Notes: generated by a model not told the origin, from the sequence alone. A stretch of DNA of 32,000 nt from Massilicoli timonensis (GCF_900199515.1 NZ_LT963434.1:303272-335271), one strand, 5' to 3'. Counted from the stretch's first letter, positions 7,957 through 16,818 are shown. Numbers and translations: made by a program.

Positions 7957-9139
7957 ATGTTTCTTGTTGGAATCGATGTCGGTAAGCTCTCTCACATGTT
8001 TTGCATCATGGATTCTTCCAATGGCGAAATCCTCGTCAGTCCTGTTTCTTTTAAAAACAATAAACAAGGCTTTGATTTTCTGATGGGCAACATCAAGCTT
8101 TATCCCAAAGACAAATTGCTGATCGGTATGGAAGATACAGGCCATTATCATTTCAACCTTTTGAAGTTTTTACTCGATTCCGGTTATACCGTTGCACTCA
8201 TCAATCCCATAACGACCGATCTTACCCGAAAGATGCAACTAAATCCTACCAAAGACGACAACCTGGATACCATGACCATCTGTGATGTCCTGGCTTCCAG
8301 TCCTCGTAAAAAGGGTTACAGGATTTCTAAAATCAATAATTTTGAATTTTATGAGCAGAAACGTCTGACCCGTGAACATCACGATCTCAAGGAACAATTA
8401 AACGTATATGCCAATAAGCTTCAGAAATGTATTGATATCGTTTTTCCTGAATATAACTCCCTGTTTAAATCCAAGTATGGAACTGTATATATGAAGGTCT
8501 TAAAAGCGTTTGGCTGTGCGAATGCTATTGCTCATGCCGATATCCGCAATATTCGCAAATGCTTCGAAACCAATAGGAACGGCCGCACTATTTCACTGAC
8601 ACCGGAAAAATTAAAAGAAGCTGCTAAGCATTCGATCGGGTTTCCTTCAAAGGCTGAAGTGATCGAAATACGTCATCTGATCGATTTGATCGAATTGATC
8701 AAAGAACAAATCAACGATGTGGATATAAAAATAGAAGAGTTCAGCACGCAACTTAACTCTCCTATCCTCACCATACCGGGAATCTCACATTTCTCCGGTA
8801 CTTCTATTTTAGCTGAATTAGGAGATTTACGCAACTATTCTAAGGCGTCTCAAATCATCAAATTTGCCGGTGTTTCCCCATATAAGCATCAATCAAGTCA
8901 ATATGAAGCCCAACATACAGCCATTACCAAGAAGGGATCACGATATCTTCGCAAAACACTTTATCAGGTGATCTTACCTGTTATTCGCTACAATCCTGTA
9001 TTTAACGAATACTATCATCTCAAGTTGTCGCAAGGGAAAGGCCATCGTTGCGCTCAGGGACACTGTGTACGAAAGTTACTTCGGATCATCTATCATCTGG
9101 TAATAACGAATCAACCGTTTGATTCAACTCTTTTAAAAT
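7696..9139 (+). mobile_element. IS110-family insertion sequence (single transposase, long non-coding left end, no terminal inverted repeats seen)
   Basis: Contains an intact IS110-type transposase. The whole 7.7-9.3 kb stretch is visibly more AT-rich than its neighbours. It is bracketed by the 10-nt direct repeat. Because of that repeat the boundary register is ambiguous by up to 10 nt, and I cannot exclude that the AT-rich 9150-9299 also belongs to the element. Confidence 0.75.
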
Positions 9140-9141
9140 AA
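7957..9141 (+). CDS. IS110-family transposase/recombinase (DEDD RuvC-like N-domain + Tnp C-domain)
   Basis: The N-terminus MFLVGIDVGKLSH and the motif GMEDTGHYH belong to the DEDD_Tnp_IS110 domain. The C-terminal PGISHFSGTSILAELGDLRNYSKASQIIKFAGVSPYKHQSS...ITKKGSRYLRKTLY belongs to Transposase_20. The RBS aaagga lies upstream of the ATG at 7957. The ORF-track start at 7909 is a GTG with no RBS. Confidence 0.9.
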   Translation: MFLVGIDVGKLSHMFCIMDSSNGEILVSPVSFKNNKQGFDFLMGNIKLYPKDKLLIGMEDTGHYHFNLLKFLLDSGYTVALINPITTDLTRKMQLNPTKDDNLDTMTICDVLASSPRKKGYRISKINNFEFYEQKRLTREHHDLKEQLNVYANKLQKCIDIVFPEYNSLFKSKYGTVYMKVLKAFGCANAIAHADIRNIRKCFETNRNGRTISLTPEKLKEAAKHSIGFPSKAEVIEIRHLIDLIELIKEQINDVDIKIEEFSTQLNSPILTIPGISHFSGTSILAELGDLRNYSKASQIIKFAGVSPYKHQSSQYEAQHTAITKKGSRYLRKTLYQVILPVIRYNPVFNEYYHLKLSQGKGHRCAQGHCVRKLLRIIYHLVITNQPFDSTLLK

Positions 9142-9149
9142 GTCATTAC
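9140..9149 (+). repeat. Right copy of the 10-nt direct repeat aagtcattac
   Basis: Identical to 7686-7695. It overlaps the last 2 nt of the transposase TAA stop codon. Confidence 0.7.
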
Positions 9150-9299
9150 TAAATTCTTAGATCCTCTACTAAGTTCTTTTTGTCATGCCTTTTTATTCAC
9201 TATTTCAAAGATCGAGACAACTTCAGCTAACTAACTTCAATAAATTTTTATTTTCAGACTTTTTCATACAATTTACTTGATTTTTATATAGTTAGCTTT

Positions 9300-9659
9300 C
9301 TACCGGAATACATAAGGTGCATCCAAAGGGGCATAGCGATTTGGATAAGGTCCATAAAGCGCCGTCGGTTCTTCGATCTTCGGCGTCGCCCCGCGCATCA
9401 TGAGCGGAATGACCAATTCCCCAATGCCGCGATCTAATGCGAATCCAAGCGCTTCACCGATCAAAATGGCGCCGTTGTCGATCAACATCATGACCATTTC
9501 TACATCACGCATATAAACTGCATGGAATAATACCGGATAGCCATTGATGATCCAGTTTGGATCCGCGCCCTCCAAGATCGCTTCTCTTGCCTTCTCTACC
9601 TCTTTGTTCCATACTGCATTCAACAGTTTTTTTGCCAATGGTGATGGTTTTCTCTTCAT
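9300..9659 (-). CDS. Small ankyrin-repeat protein
   Basis: ILEGADPNWIINGYPVLFHAVYMRDVEMVMMLIDNGA fits the ANK repeat consensus (G-x-TPLH-A...LL-x-GAD-x-N), and a second degenerate repeat follows. AGGA lies 9 nt upstream of the ATG at 9659. The longer ORF extends to 9746. Confidence 0.65.
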   Translation of the reverse strand: MKRKPSPLAKKLLNAVWNKEVEKAREAILEGADPNWIINGYPVLFHAVYMRDVEMVMMLIDNGAILIGEALGFALDRGIGELVIPLMMRGATPKIEEPTALYGPYPNRYAPLDAPYVFR

Positions 9660-9727
9660 AGTATCAATTCCTTTCCTTTTCTTTGATACCATCATACACC
9701 ATATTGTTACATTATTTATGTTACAAT

Positions 9728-9762
9728 ATAAAAAAAGAAAAAACAATCGTTTTCACAACTGT
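9728..9762 (-). terminator. Rho-independent terminator after the lipoprotein gene
   Basis: On the minus strand, acagttg-tgaaaa-cgattgt forms a 7-bp stem with two G-U pairs, followed by tttttcttttttt. Confidence 0.5.
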
Positions 9763-9775
9763 TTCTTCTTTTTCG

Positions 9776-10294
9776 TTAAGACTGATTTTGTAAACGGGCA
9801 TTGCTTGGCATATTGAACTTAGAAAAAGCATTGCGCAGATCATAAATTGTTTCCTGATCCTCATACAGCATCAAATACGCACCGTTCACGCTTGCCTGCA
9901 TTTCCTTTTTTTCGCCTTCGATATTGACCGTTACCTTTTCCTTTTCTTTCGCTTCCTTCAACAGCGCCTGCATCGTTTCATCATCTTCATTTAACCGATA
10001 TAAATAGATCGGCTGATCTTCATACGTAAACATCGCGCCCTCTTTCGCCGCGAAATCCACCGCTTCTACTTCTTTCATATCGCTGTATGCGATCTTGTTT
10101 TCATCTAAATAATTCTTAAAATCAGAAATCGTCGTCTCTGCTTTCTCTTCCGCCTTGTCCACGCCCTCTTTTACGTTATCGCCGACTTCATCAGCACCTT
10201 TTTTCACATCCTCCGCATCATCCTTCAACATCGAACAACCGCTCAATAATAACAGCGTACAAAGTGCGGAAACAAACATTTGTCGTTTTCTCAT
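9776..10294 (-). CDS. Lipoprotein of unknown function
   Basis: The signal peptide with lipobox MRKRQMFVSALCTLLLLSGC is followed by an acidic, low-complexity linker. AAGGAGG lies 6 nt upstream of the ATG at 10294. Confidence 0.75.
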   Translation of the reverse strand: MRKRQMFVSALCTLLLLSGCSMLKDDAEDVKKGADEVGDNVKEGVDKAEEKAETTISDFKNYLDENKIAYSDMKEVEAVDFAAKEGAMFTYEDQPIYLYRLNEDDETMQALLKEAKEKEKVTVNIEGEKKEMQASVNGAYLMLYEDQETIYDLRNAFSKFNMPSNARLQNQS

Positions 10295-10356
10295 AAACAA
10301 CCTCCTTGTCATTACTCTCAGTATTGCCCAAGGAACACACGCTTATGCAGCGAAAC

Positions 10357-11151
10357 TCACATTTTCAGATGAAATGCCTGCTTCAGATAGTGCATGACCC
10401 CTTCTTCCTCATTGCTCAGGGTGTGAAAGCGGCAAACGGCAGCCACATCTTCATGCGCGTTGGCAACCGCAACAGAATGATATACCTCCTGCAGCATCTC
10501 AATGTCATTATGATAATCACCAAACGCATAGCAGTCCTGTGGAGATAAGCCATAGCGCTCTTTCAGATAATGGACGACCTTGCCCTTGGAAACAAGGGGA
10601 TTGGCAATATCCACCCACTCTTTTCCGGAGGTAACGATACTGAAAAAACCTGACAGTTTCTTACATTTCGGATAAGCATTCTGCGCTGCGCCGATCGTAT
10701 CATAAAGTGCTACCTTACAGATGCGATCGACACCGATCACCTCTTCTAAACGGGCTACTCGCTTTAAGCGATGATAATACATCCCGGCATTTTTTACCAG
10801 CAGCGGATGATCATCTTCGATATAAGCGCTGTTAACGCCACAGAAGATCGGATAGACGCCTTCGATATTTCTAACGATATCCAGTACCTGATATAGCTTG
10901 GAACGCTCGATCTCATTCACATAAATGCAGGTTCCTTTTTCAAATACGATCGTACCGTTTTCACAAATAAAAAGCATTTCTTTTTCCAAATTAGGAAACT
11001 GCTCCAGAAGCGTATAATACTGTCTGCCGCTGGCGATTGCAAATAATACATCACGCTGTTGCAGCGCCTTGACCACTTCAAAGAAATCATGCGGCAATTC
11101 TTTACGCTCATTCAATAACGTCCCGTCCATATCGCTTAAAACCAGTTTCAT
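10357..11151 (-). CDS. Cof-type HAD-IIB family hydrolase (sugar-phosphate phosphatase-like)
   Basis: Motif I is DMDGTLL, and the C-terminal motif is GDYHNDIEML. The length (264 aa) and cap region are typical of Cof/YidA-like phosphatases. The RBS gaggaag is present. Confidence 0.85.
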   Translation of the reverse strand: MKLVLSDMDGTLLNERKELPHDFFEVVKALQQRDVLFAIASGRQYYTLLEQFPNLEKEMLFICENGTIVFEKGTCIYVNEIERSKLYQVLDIVRNIEGVYPIFCGVNSAYIEDDHPLLVKNAGMYYHRLKRVARLEEVIGVDRICKVALYDTIGAAQNAYPKCKKLSGFFSIVTSGKEWVDIANPLVSKGKVVHYLKERYGLSPQDCYAFGDYHNDIEMLQEVYHSVAVANAHEDVAAVCRFHTLSNEEEGVMHYLKQAFHLKM

Positions 11152-11231
11152 GTTACTTCCTCTTTTCTGCTTTCATCCTATTTTTATTACAATATGTTGA
11201 TTATAGCATACTTCTCCTTTGTTTTCCCAAC

Positions 11232-11278
11232 AAGAAGCATGCTTCTTCATTGAATTTCATTTGAAAAAATGCTATGCT
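11232..11278 (+). promoter_or_regulatory. Putative promoter of the DtxR/MntR-like gene with an adjacent perfect 16-bp palindrome (candidate operator)
   Basis: The palindrome aagaagcatgcttctt spans 11232-11247. TTGAAT (11250-11255), a 17-nt spacer and TATGCT (11273-11278) follow. Confidence 0.35.
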
Positions 11279-11299
11279 TAAAGCAATGAAAAGGACGTG

Positions 11300-11671
11300 A
11301 TGGCTTTGAAGGTACAGGAATCACTAGAAAACTATTTGGAAGCGATCTTGATGCTTTCGGAAAAACAGGAGCGGGTACGCGCCATTGATATTGCCAATCT
11401 GCTGGGCTTCTCCAAACCAAGCGTCAGCGTGGCCATGAAGAATTTTAAGCAGAAGAACTATATCCATGTAGATGACAGCGGCTCCATCACTTTGACGGAA
11501 AGCGGAAAACGGATTGCTTCCGCCGTTTATGAACGGCATAATTTATTAAGTGAATGGCTTGTTTCCCTAGGGGTAGAGGAACAGATCGCGCAAGCGGATG
11601 CCTGCCGCATGGAACACATCCTTTCTGCCGAGTCATTTCAGGCGATCCGCGATCATTATCTGCATAAATGA
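11300..11671 (+). CDS. DtxR/MntR-family metal-dependent transcriptional regulator (short form)
   Basis: LENYLEAILMLSEKQERVRAIDIANLLGFSKPSVSVAMKNFKQKNYI is the DtxR-type HTH. It is followed by the dimerisation helix region (AVYERHNLLSEWLVSLGV...EHILS). The ATG at 11300 follows aaagga. Confidence 0.8.
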   Translation: MALKVQESLENYLEAILMLSEKQERVRAIDIANLLGFSKPSVSVAMKNFKQKNYIHVDDSGSITLTESGKRIASAVYERHNLLSEWLVSLGVEEQIAQADACRMEHILSAESFQAIRDHYLHK

Positions 11672-11689
11672 TCCTGCCGTTATAAAAAC

Positions 11690-11717
11690 GTCGATCTTTA
11701 TAGGATCGACTTTTTTA
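11690..11717. terminator. Bidirectional rho-independent terminator shared by convergent genes
   Basis: The hairpin gtcgatc-tttatag-gatcgac is flanked by aaaaa on the 5' side and tttttt on the 3' side. Confidence 0.7.
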
Positions 11718-12200
11718 TTTGATGTATTTCTCATAGAGCTGTTCATCATTCAGCAGCAGTTCTTTTTCAATGTTCATATTCGACTTCACCAAAATCCCAT
11801 ACTCATAAAAATAGTTTTTCAGTTTCGGAAAGCTCTTGCGCACATCACGCACCTTAAAACGACAAATCCGATCGTTCAATTCAAACATGATGCCCAAATA
11901 TGACATTTGCACAAAATACTCTTTTAACGGGACTTTCTGATAGCCGCGCAGATCAGTGATCGCACTGGTGTGATAAGGCTCACAGCGAAAATTGATATGC
12001 ACATTGGCGATCTCATGCAGCGGAAAGATCTCCAGCGGCGTAATGTAATACAAACCGTTTGCTTTGACAAGATACGCATAGCAGATCCGATCTTTCTCCA
12101 GAAACAGACAGCATCCTTCATTGCTTTCCCAAGGAGTACCGTCAAATAAAAGCATGACCGCATGCTGAAAATCAATTTTTGTTAATGTGTAGGTCTCCAA
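11715..12200 (-). CDS. Hypothetical protein (161 aa), no recognisable domain
   Basis: The TTG start is preceded by GGGGAGGG at 5-nt spacing. A plausible promoter is present (TTGTTT, 17 nt, TATAAT at 12270-12242). The gene ends at the bidirectional terminator. Confidence 0.6.
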   Translation of the reverse strand: METYTLTKIDFQHAVMLLFDGTPWESNEGCCLFLEKDRICYAYLVKANGLYYITPLEIFPLHEIANVHINFRCEPYHTSAITDLRGYQKVPLKEYFVQMSYLGIMFELNDRICRFKVRDVRKSFPKLKNYFYEYGILVKSNMNIEKELLLNDEQLYEKYIK

Positions 12201-12288
12201 GCTATCCCTCCCCTTTTTGGTAAAGCGCTTTCATCTTCTACATTATAAAGGAAAAGTGATATTTAAACAATAACAAATTTGTAACATC

Positions 12289-13266
12289 TCAAAGATTCGA
12301 TGCTGATCGCTTCATGGAATAGGCTTCTACCTCCGCTAAGCTCGGATAAGCGTCCATCGCGCCTAAATGCCGGGCGGAAAGCGCCGCAAAAGTATTCGCA
12401 AAACGCAGTGCATCTTCCAGATCCCTTTCATCGAGTGCATCGAGGGGTTTCGTTTTTTCGCCCAATCGGTAAAGAAAGGCTGCCACAAAACCATCTCCGG
12501 CACCGGTCGTATCTAAGACATCGACCGCACAGCCATCCACTTTGACATGGCGCGTACGGGTAAACAGTTCCGCTCCCTTTCCCCCTTTGGTGTAAAGTAC
12601 CATTTGACAATGCGGGAAAGCAAAGAAAAACGGCAGGGCTGCTTCGATCGTTTCCCGCCCACTGATAAAACTCAATTCATCATCGGCAATTTTCACGATA
12701 TCCGCATAAGGCAAAAAGGCTCGTACTTGTTCTTTCAGCGCCTGTTCTTCTTCCCATAGCGAGAAACGCAGATTGGGATCAAAGCAAATCAATTTCTGCT
12801 TGCGGCGCGCTGCTTCGATCAGTTTGCGGTGACATTCCCGCATGGGGTCTTTCTGCAAGGCGACGCTGCAAAAATGAAGGACGTCAAAATCTTTAGCCGT
12901 TTCATCTAATTCCTCATAACCCAACTGTAAATCAGCGCTTGTCCGACGATAAAACTGAAAATCACGGCTGCCATCAGCGCTGAGCGATACAAATGCCAGG
13001 GCAGTATCATAGTGCGAGGTACGCACGATCGAAGATACATCGACATGCCCTTTTTGCAGCGTATCCACGATATGATCGCCAAACGCATCACGCCCCAGCT
13101 TGGTGATCAGCTTGGCCCTTCCCCCCAAATGTGCATAGGCATAAGCCACATTAGCCGGCGCACCGCCCGCAACTCGCCGAAAGCAAACGACATCTTTTAA
13201 GCGCTTGCCTGCTTCCATCGGTACAAAGTCGATCAGCGCTTCCCCAATCGTACATAGTTTCCACAT
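12289..13266 (-). CDS. PfkB-family carbohydrate kinase, fructokinase-like
   Basis: The N-terminus IGEALIDFVP, the motif GGAPANVA and the C-terminal DTTGAGDGFVAAFLY (the PfkB signature with the catalytic Asp). Confidence 0.85.
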   Translation of the reverse strand: MWKLCTIGEALIDFVPMEAGKRLKDVVCFRRVAGGAPANVAYAYAHLGGRAKLITKLGRDAFGDHIVDTLQKGHVDVSSIVRTSHYDTALAFVSLSADGSRDFQFYRRTSADLQLGYEELDETAKDFDVLHFCSVALQKDPMRECHRKLIEAARRKQKLICFDPNLRFSLWEEEQALKEQVRAFLPYADIVKIADDELSFISGRETIEAALPFFFAFPHCQMVLYTKGGKGAELFTRTRHVKVDGCAVDVLDTTGAGDGFVAAFLYRLGEKTKPLDALDERDLEDALRFANTFAALSARHLGAMDAYPSLAEVEAYSMKRSASNL

Positions 13267-13400
13267 CTTATCTTTCTCCTTTGCTTTACTGTACTACATC
13301 TCAAAGCGAATGTAAACTGTTCTTTTGATCCTGCATCAAACAAAAAAGTGCTATAATAAAAGTGATCTGACATATGCTAATAAAGAGAAGGAGGAATCAG

Positions 13401-13910
13401 ATGAAAGTATTTCATGAAATCAGCGTAACCGATCTGCATGACAATGTTTTTACCGAAATCGGTGAAAGGTGGATGCTGATCAGCGCAGAAAAGGACGGTG
13501 TCACCAATACGATGACCGCTTCTTGGGGCGGCTTTGGGATCCTTTGGAATCAGCCGGTTGCCTATATCTTTGTAAGACCACAGCGTCATACGAAAGCTTT
13601 TTTAGAAGCCGCAAGTCATTTCTCCCTTACCTTCTTCGATGAAACGCAGCGCAAGCAGCTTTCTTATTTGGGAACGGTATCGGGAAAGGATACAGATAAG
13701 ATCAAAGATGTCGGCTACCATGTGTGCCATGAGGAAGCAGCGCCTTATTTTGAGGAAGCGCAACGCGTTTTGATCTGTCAGAAGCTGTATCATCAGGATT
13801 TATCGCCGGATGGTTTTCTTGATGCGGAATGTAAGAAGCATTATCCGCAAAACGACTATCACACCCTTTATGTCGGCAAGATCGTCAAGGTACTGGAAAA
13901 GGACGCATAA
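13401..13910 (+). CDS. Flavin reductase-like domain protein
   Basis: NTMTASWGGFGILWNQPVAYIFVRPQRHTKAFL resembles the Flavin_Reduct family. AGGAGG lies upstream of the ATG at 13401. Confidence 0.7.
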   Translation: MKVFHEISVTDLHDNVFTEIGERWMLISAEKDGVTNTMTASWGGFGILWNQPVAYIFVRPQRHTKAFLEAASHFSLTFFDETQRKQLSYLGTVSGKDTDKIKDVGYHVCHEEAAPYFEEAQRVLICQKLYHQDLSPDGFLDAECKKHYPQNDYHTLYVGKIVKVLEKDA

Positions 13911-13922
13911 CCACATAAAAAC

Positions 13923-13966
13923 AGGAACCCCTATGATCTCATGGTCATACGGTTCCTATTTTTTTA
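13923..13966. terminator. Bidirectional terminator between the flavin reductase-like gene and scpB
   Basis: A long imperfect hairpin runs from aggaacc to ggttcct (13923-13957). It is followed by ttttttt on the plus strand and preceded by aaaaa. Confidence 0.65.
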
Positions 13967-14506
13967 TACTTCATCAAAAAGTTCTTCTTCGCCTTGTTCT
14001 TCTTCTTTTGGCAGCTCCGGCAATTCTTTTAAGCTCTCCAGCTTAAAAGCATCCATAAATTCCGGTGTGATCTCATATAGAAATGGCTTGCCCGGCGCAT
14101 CGCTGCGGCCGCTTTCCTTGATCAGACTGCGTGCCATCAGCTTGCGGATCATCATATCACAGCCAACGCCCCTGATTTCCTCGATTTCCGCTCTGGTGAT
14201 CGGCTGTTTGTAAGCAATGATCGCCAGTGTTTCCATCGCCGCCTGAGAAAGCGAAGCCATTTTTGTGGAAGCAAACAGTTTTTCCGCATAGGGATAGACA
14301 GTCGCTTTGGAAACAAATTTGTATATGCCGCCAAAGCGCGTCAGTTCTATGCCATGCGTTTCCTTGTCATATTCTTCTTTCAGCTGCACCAGTGCCGATT
14401 CCACTTCTTCCCTGCTTGTCTCCAGTGTTCCCTGCATCTGTTCCATCGTTAATCCTTCATCACCGCAAAGAAATAACAATCCTTCCAATACCGTCTTAAC
14501 TTCCAT
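13964..14506 (-). CDS. scpB: Segregation and condensation protein B
   Basis: LEGLLFLCGDEGL, AMETLAIIAYKQPITRAEIEEIRGV and an acidic C-terminus. The gene lies immediately downstream of scpA and overlaps it. The ATG at 14506 has aagggga at 8-nt spacing, and an alternative ATG lies at 14515. Confidence 0.9.
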   Translation of the reverse strand: MEVKTVLEGLLFLCGDEGLTMEQMQGTLETSREEVESALVQLKEEYDKETHGIELTRFGGIYKFVSKATVYPYAEKLFASTKMASLSQAAMETLAIIAYKQPITRAEIEEIRGVGCDMMIRKLMARSLIKESGRSDAPGKPFLYEITPEFMDAFKLESLKELPELPKEEEQGEEELFDEV

Positions 14507-15236
14507 GATATTCATCCCCTTTGATAATCCAGATCACATCGTCTTCATCTATCGTATAGGTAATCGCCTTGAGCTTAATCAGATCCAGCACTCCTAAAAA
14601 GGTTACGATCACCATATGCAAAGACGTACAGTCGCTGCATAGCTCCTCAAAGCTCATCTTTCCGCTCCATCCGTCTAAGCGTTTGCGCATCTGCACGACC
14701 CGCTCATCTAATGACAGTTCTTTGATCGTCATTCTCGTTTCATATGGCTTCAACAGCGCTTGTCTGCGCATGACCTTCTGCATCGCTTTGATCAGATCAT
14801 ACGGATTGCCCGCTAACGGCAATTCACTGCTCGCTTCGATCCATTTGCTCGTCTCTTCTGAAAGCGGCTTTCCCATGAGCATCTGTCGATCCTCATACTG
14901 TCTGCTCAATAAGGCCGATACTTCCTTAAAGCGCTGGTACTCCAATAAGCGCTGCACCAGCTTTTCCCGCTGATCCTCTTCGTATTCTTCACTGATTTCC
15001 ACTTTCTCACGCGGCAGCAGTTTCTTGCTTTTATACTCGATCAGTCCTGCCAATTCGCTCAAATATTCACTGGCAATTTCCAGATGCAAAGATTCCATCG
15101 CATCTAAATAAGCCAGATATTGCGTTGTCAATACATTCATATCCAGATCAAACAGATCCAGTTTGTTTTCCTTGATCAGATGCAGCATCAGATCCAAAGG
15201 TCCTTCAAACTGTTCGATGGTTATCTGAAAAGCCAT
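14496..15236 (-). CDS. scpA: Segregation and condensation protein A
   Basis: FEGPLDLMLHLIKENKLDLFDLDMNVLTTQYL is the canonical ScpA N-terminus. The protein is 246 aa. Confidence 0.9.
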   Translation of the reverse strand: MAFQITIEQFEGPLDLMLHLIKENKLDLFDLDMNVLTTQYLAYLDAMESLHLEIASEYLSELAGLIEYKSKKLLPREKVEISEEYEEDQREKLVQRLLEYQRFKEVSALLSRQYEDRQMLMGKPLSEETSKWIEASSELPLAGNPYDLIKAMQKVMRRQALLKPYETRMTIKELSLDERVVQMRKRLDGWSGKMSFEELCSDCTSLHMVIVTFLGVLDLIKLKAITYTIDEDDVIWIIKGDEYHGS

Positions 15237-15271
15237 GTCATCACCTCTTACTAAACTTCAATATTATACAA

Positions 15272-15304
15272 TAAAAAAGCAGGATTGACTATCTTTTCCT
15301 GCTG
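15272..15304 (-). terminator. Rho-independent terminator downstream of spoVAF
   Basis: On the minus strand, agcagga-aaagatagtcaa-tcctgct is followed by tttttt. A TG-TATAAT element (15270-15263) for scpA follows directly. Confidence 0.6.
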
Positions 15305-15423
15305 CCGCATGCAATTTATGGATCGAAAATGATACTGTCTTCTTGTAACAAAATCGTTTTTACTCTGCATTCCTATCCTGCTGCACAAAAAATCATGACT
15401 TCCGTTATGAAATCATGATCCTG

Positions 15424-16818
15424 TTAATGCTCATTGCTTGTTTCATTTTGCTTATCTTGACGCAAACGGATCGGCGCGCCCAGCCAAATTCTTTTTAATG
15501 CCCGCCAAGAGAAAGGACAGAGCGGATACAGATAAGGAAACTTGATCGTTTTGGTCGATAGCAGCACGCTCACATGGAACACGACACCAAAGCAAAAGCC
15601 CGGCAGTCCAAACACCAAGGCAAATAAAGCAAGCACGATTCGGAAAAACTTGTTGGCAAGCGACAATTCATAATTAGGCGTCAAAAGATTGCCGATGTTG
15701 CAAAGCGCCACAACCAATAAGATTTCTTCCGTATACGCGCCTAATCCGATTGCCATATCGCCTAATAAAAATACAGCGATAAACCCCATGATGCTGGAAA
15801 GCATATCCGGGGTATGAATGAGTGCCTGTCTGATCCATTCCACCGCAATATCCGCAAGCAGTACCTGTAAACCAAATCCATAAATATTGACATCTTCCAT
15901 CAAATGCAGATTTAAGAGGGTATGATTCTGTGTTTTCATCAAAACCATCCATAGTGGTATGAAATAGATCGACAGCAGCACCCCAAACAAACGCAGCGTT
16001 CTGGTAAACACGGCAATGACCGCTGTCTGGGTGTATTCTTCCATCTGCTTGTTTAATTCAAAAAAGGTCGTCGGTATGATCATTGCACTAGGCGCATTGT
16101 CTACGATGACCACCAGATACCCTTGCAACAAATGAATGGCACAAATATCCGGACGTTCGCTGTATCGCACATGCGGATAAGGATTGATCGTCTTTCCATA
16201 CAGACTTTCACAAAGCATGCGCTCCGATACAATTTCGATCTCGTCCAGATTTTGCAAACGATTTTGAAAGTCCGCAAGCAGATCGACATCGACCAAACCG
16301 TCGATATAAACATAGGCGATGTCGGTCTTCGTTTTGACCCCTTCTTTATTTAAGATGACCCGTAAGCGCGGATCGCGGATCCTGCGGCGAAGTAACCCCA
16401 CATTGATGATAATATTTTCCACAAAGCCATCATGCGCTGCTCGAATCGACTTTTCCACGCTCGGTTCTGCTGTGGAGCGTGATGGATAAGCACGTGTTTC
16501 GATCACATAATAAGGCGCTTCTCCATCGACGATCACCACACATTGTCCGCTCAATAAAAAAGTCATTGCCTGTTGATCGTCCATGCACGCAGATACACTG
16601 CCGGGATAATAAATAAAAGAACGGTTCTTTACGGTATCCACGATGCTTTCCACAACATCAGCAATCAATTCGCCATCGCTCAGCGAAGACAAAAAGATCA
16701 AACAGCAGGCGCGATCCTCGATCTCGATTTCCCGAAAAACAACGTCAAAAGACGCCGCAAGCTGTTTCTTCCACACAGCGATGCGCTGTTGATAAGCGCT
16801 CAGTTTTTCGCTTTGCAT
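15424..16818 (-). CDS. spoVAF: GerA-family spore germination protein, SpoVAF-like
   Basis: 464 aa. A soluble N-domain is followed by a multi-pass C-terminal membrane region typical of the GerAA/SpoVAF family. It lies at the 3' end of the spoVA cluster and overlaps spoVAE by 19 nt. Confidence 0.8.
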   Translation of the reverse strand: MQSEKLSAYQQRIAVWKKQLAASFDVVFREIEIEDRACCLIFLSSLSDGELIADVVESIVDTVKNRSFIYYPGSVSACMDDQQAMTFLLSGQCVVIVDGEAPYYVIETRAYPSRSTAEPSVEKSIRAAHDGFVENIIINVGLLRRRIRDPRLRVILNKEGVKTKTDIAYVYIDGLVDVDLLADFQNRLQNLDEIEIVSERMLCESLYGKTINPYPHVRYSERPDICAIHLLQGYLVVIVDNAPSAMIIPTTFFELNKQMEEYTQTAVIAVFTRTLRLFGVLLSIYFIPLWMVLMKTQNHTLLNLHLMEDVNIYGFGLQVLLADIAVEWIRQALIHTPDMLSSIMGFIAVFLLGDMAIGLGAYTEEILLVVALCNIGNLLTPNYELSLANKFFRIVLALFALVFGLPGFCFGVVFHVSVLLSTKTIKFPYLYPLCPFSWRALKRIWLGAPIRLRQDKQNETSNEH

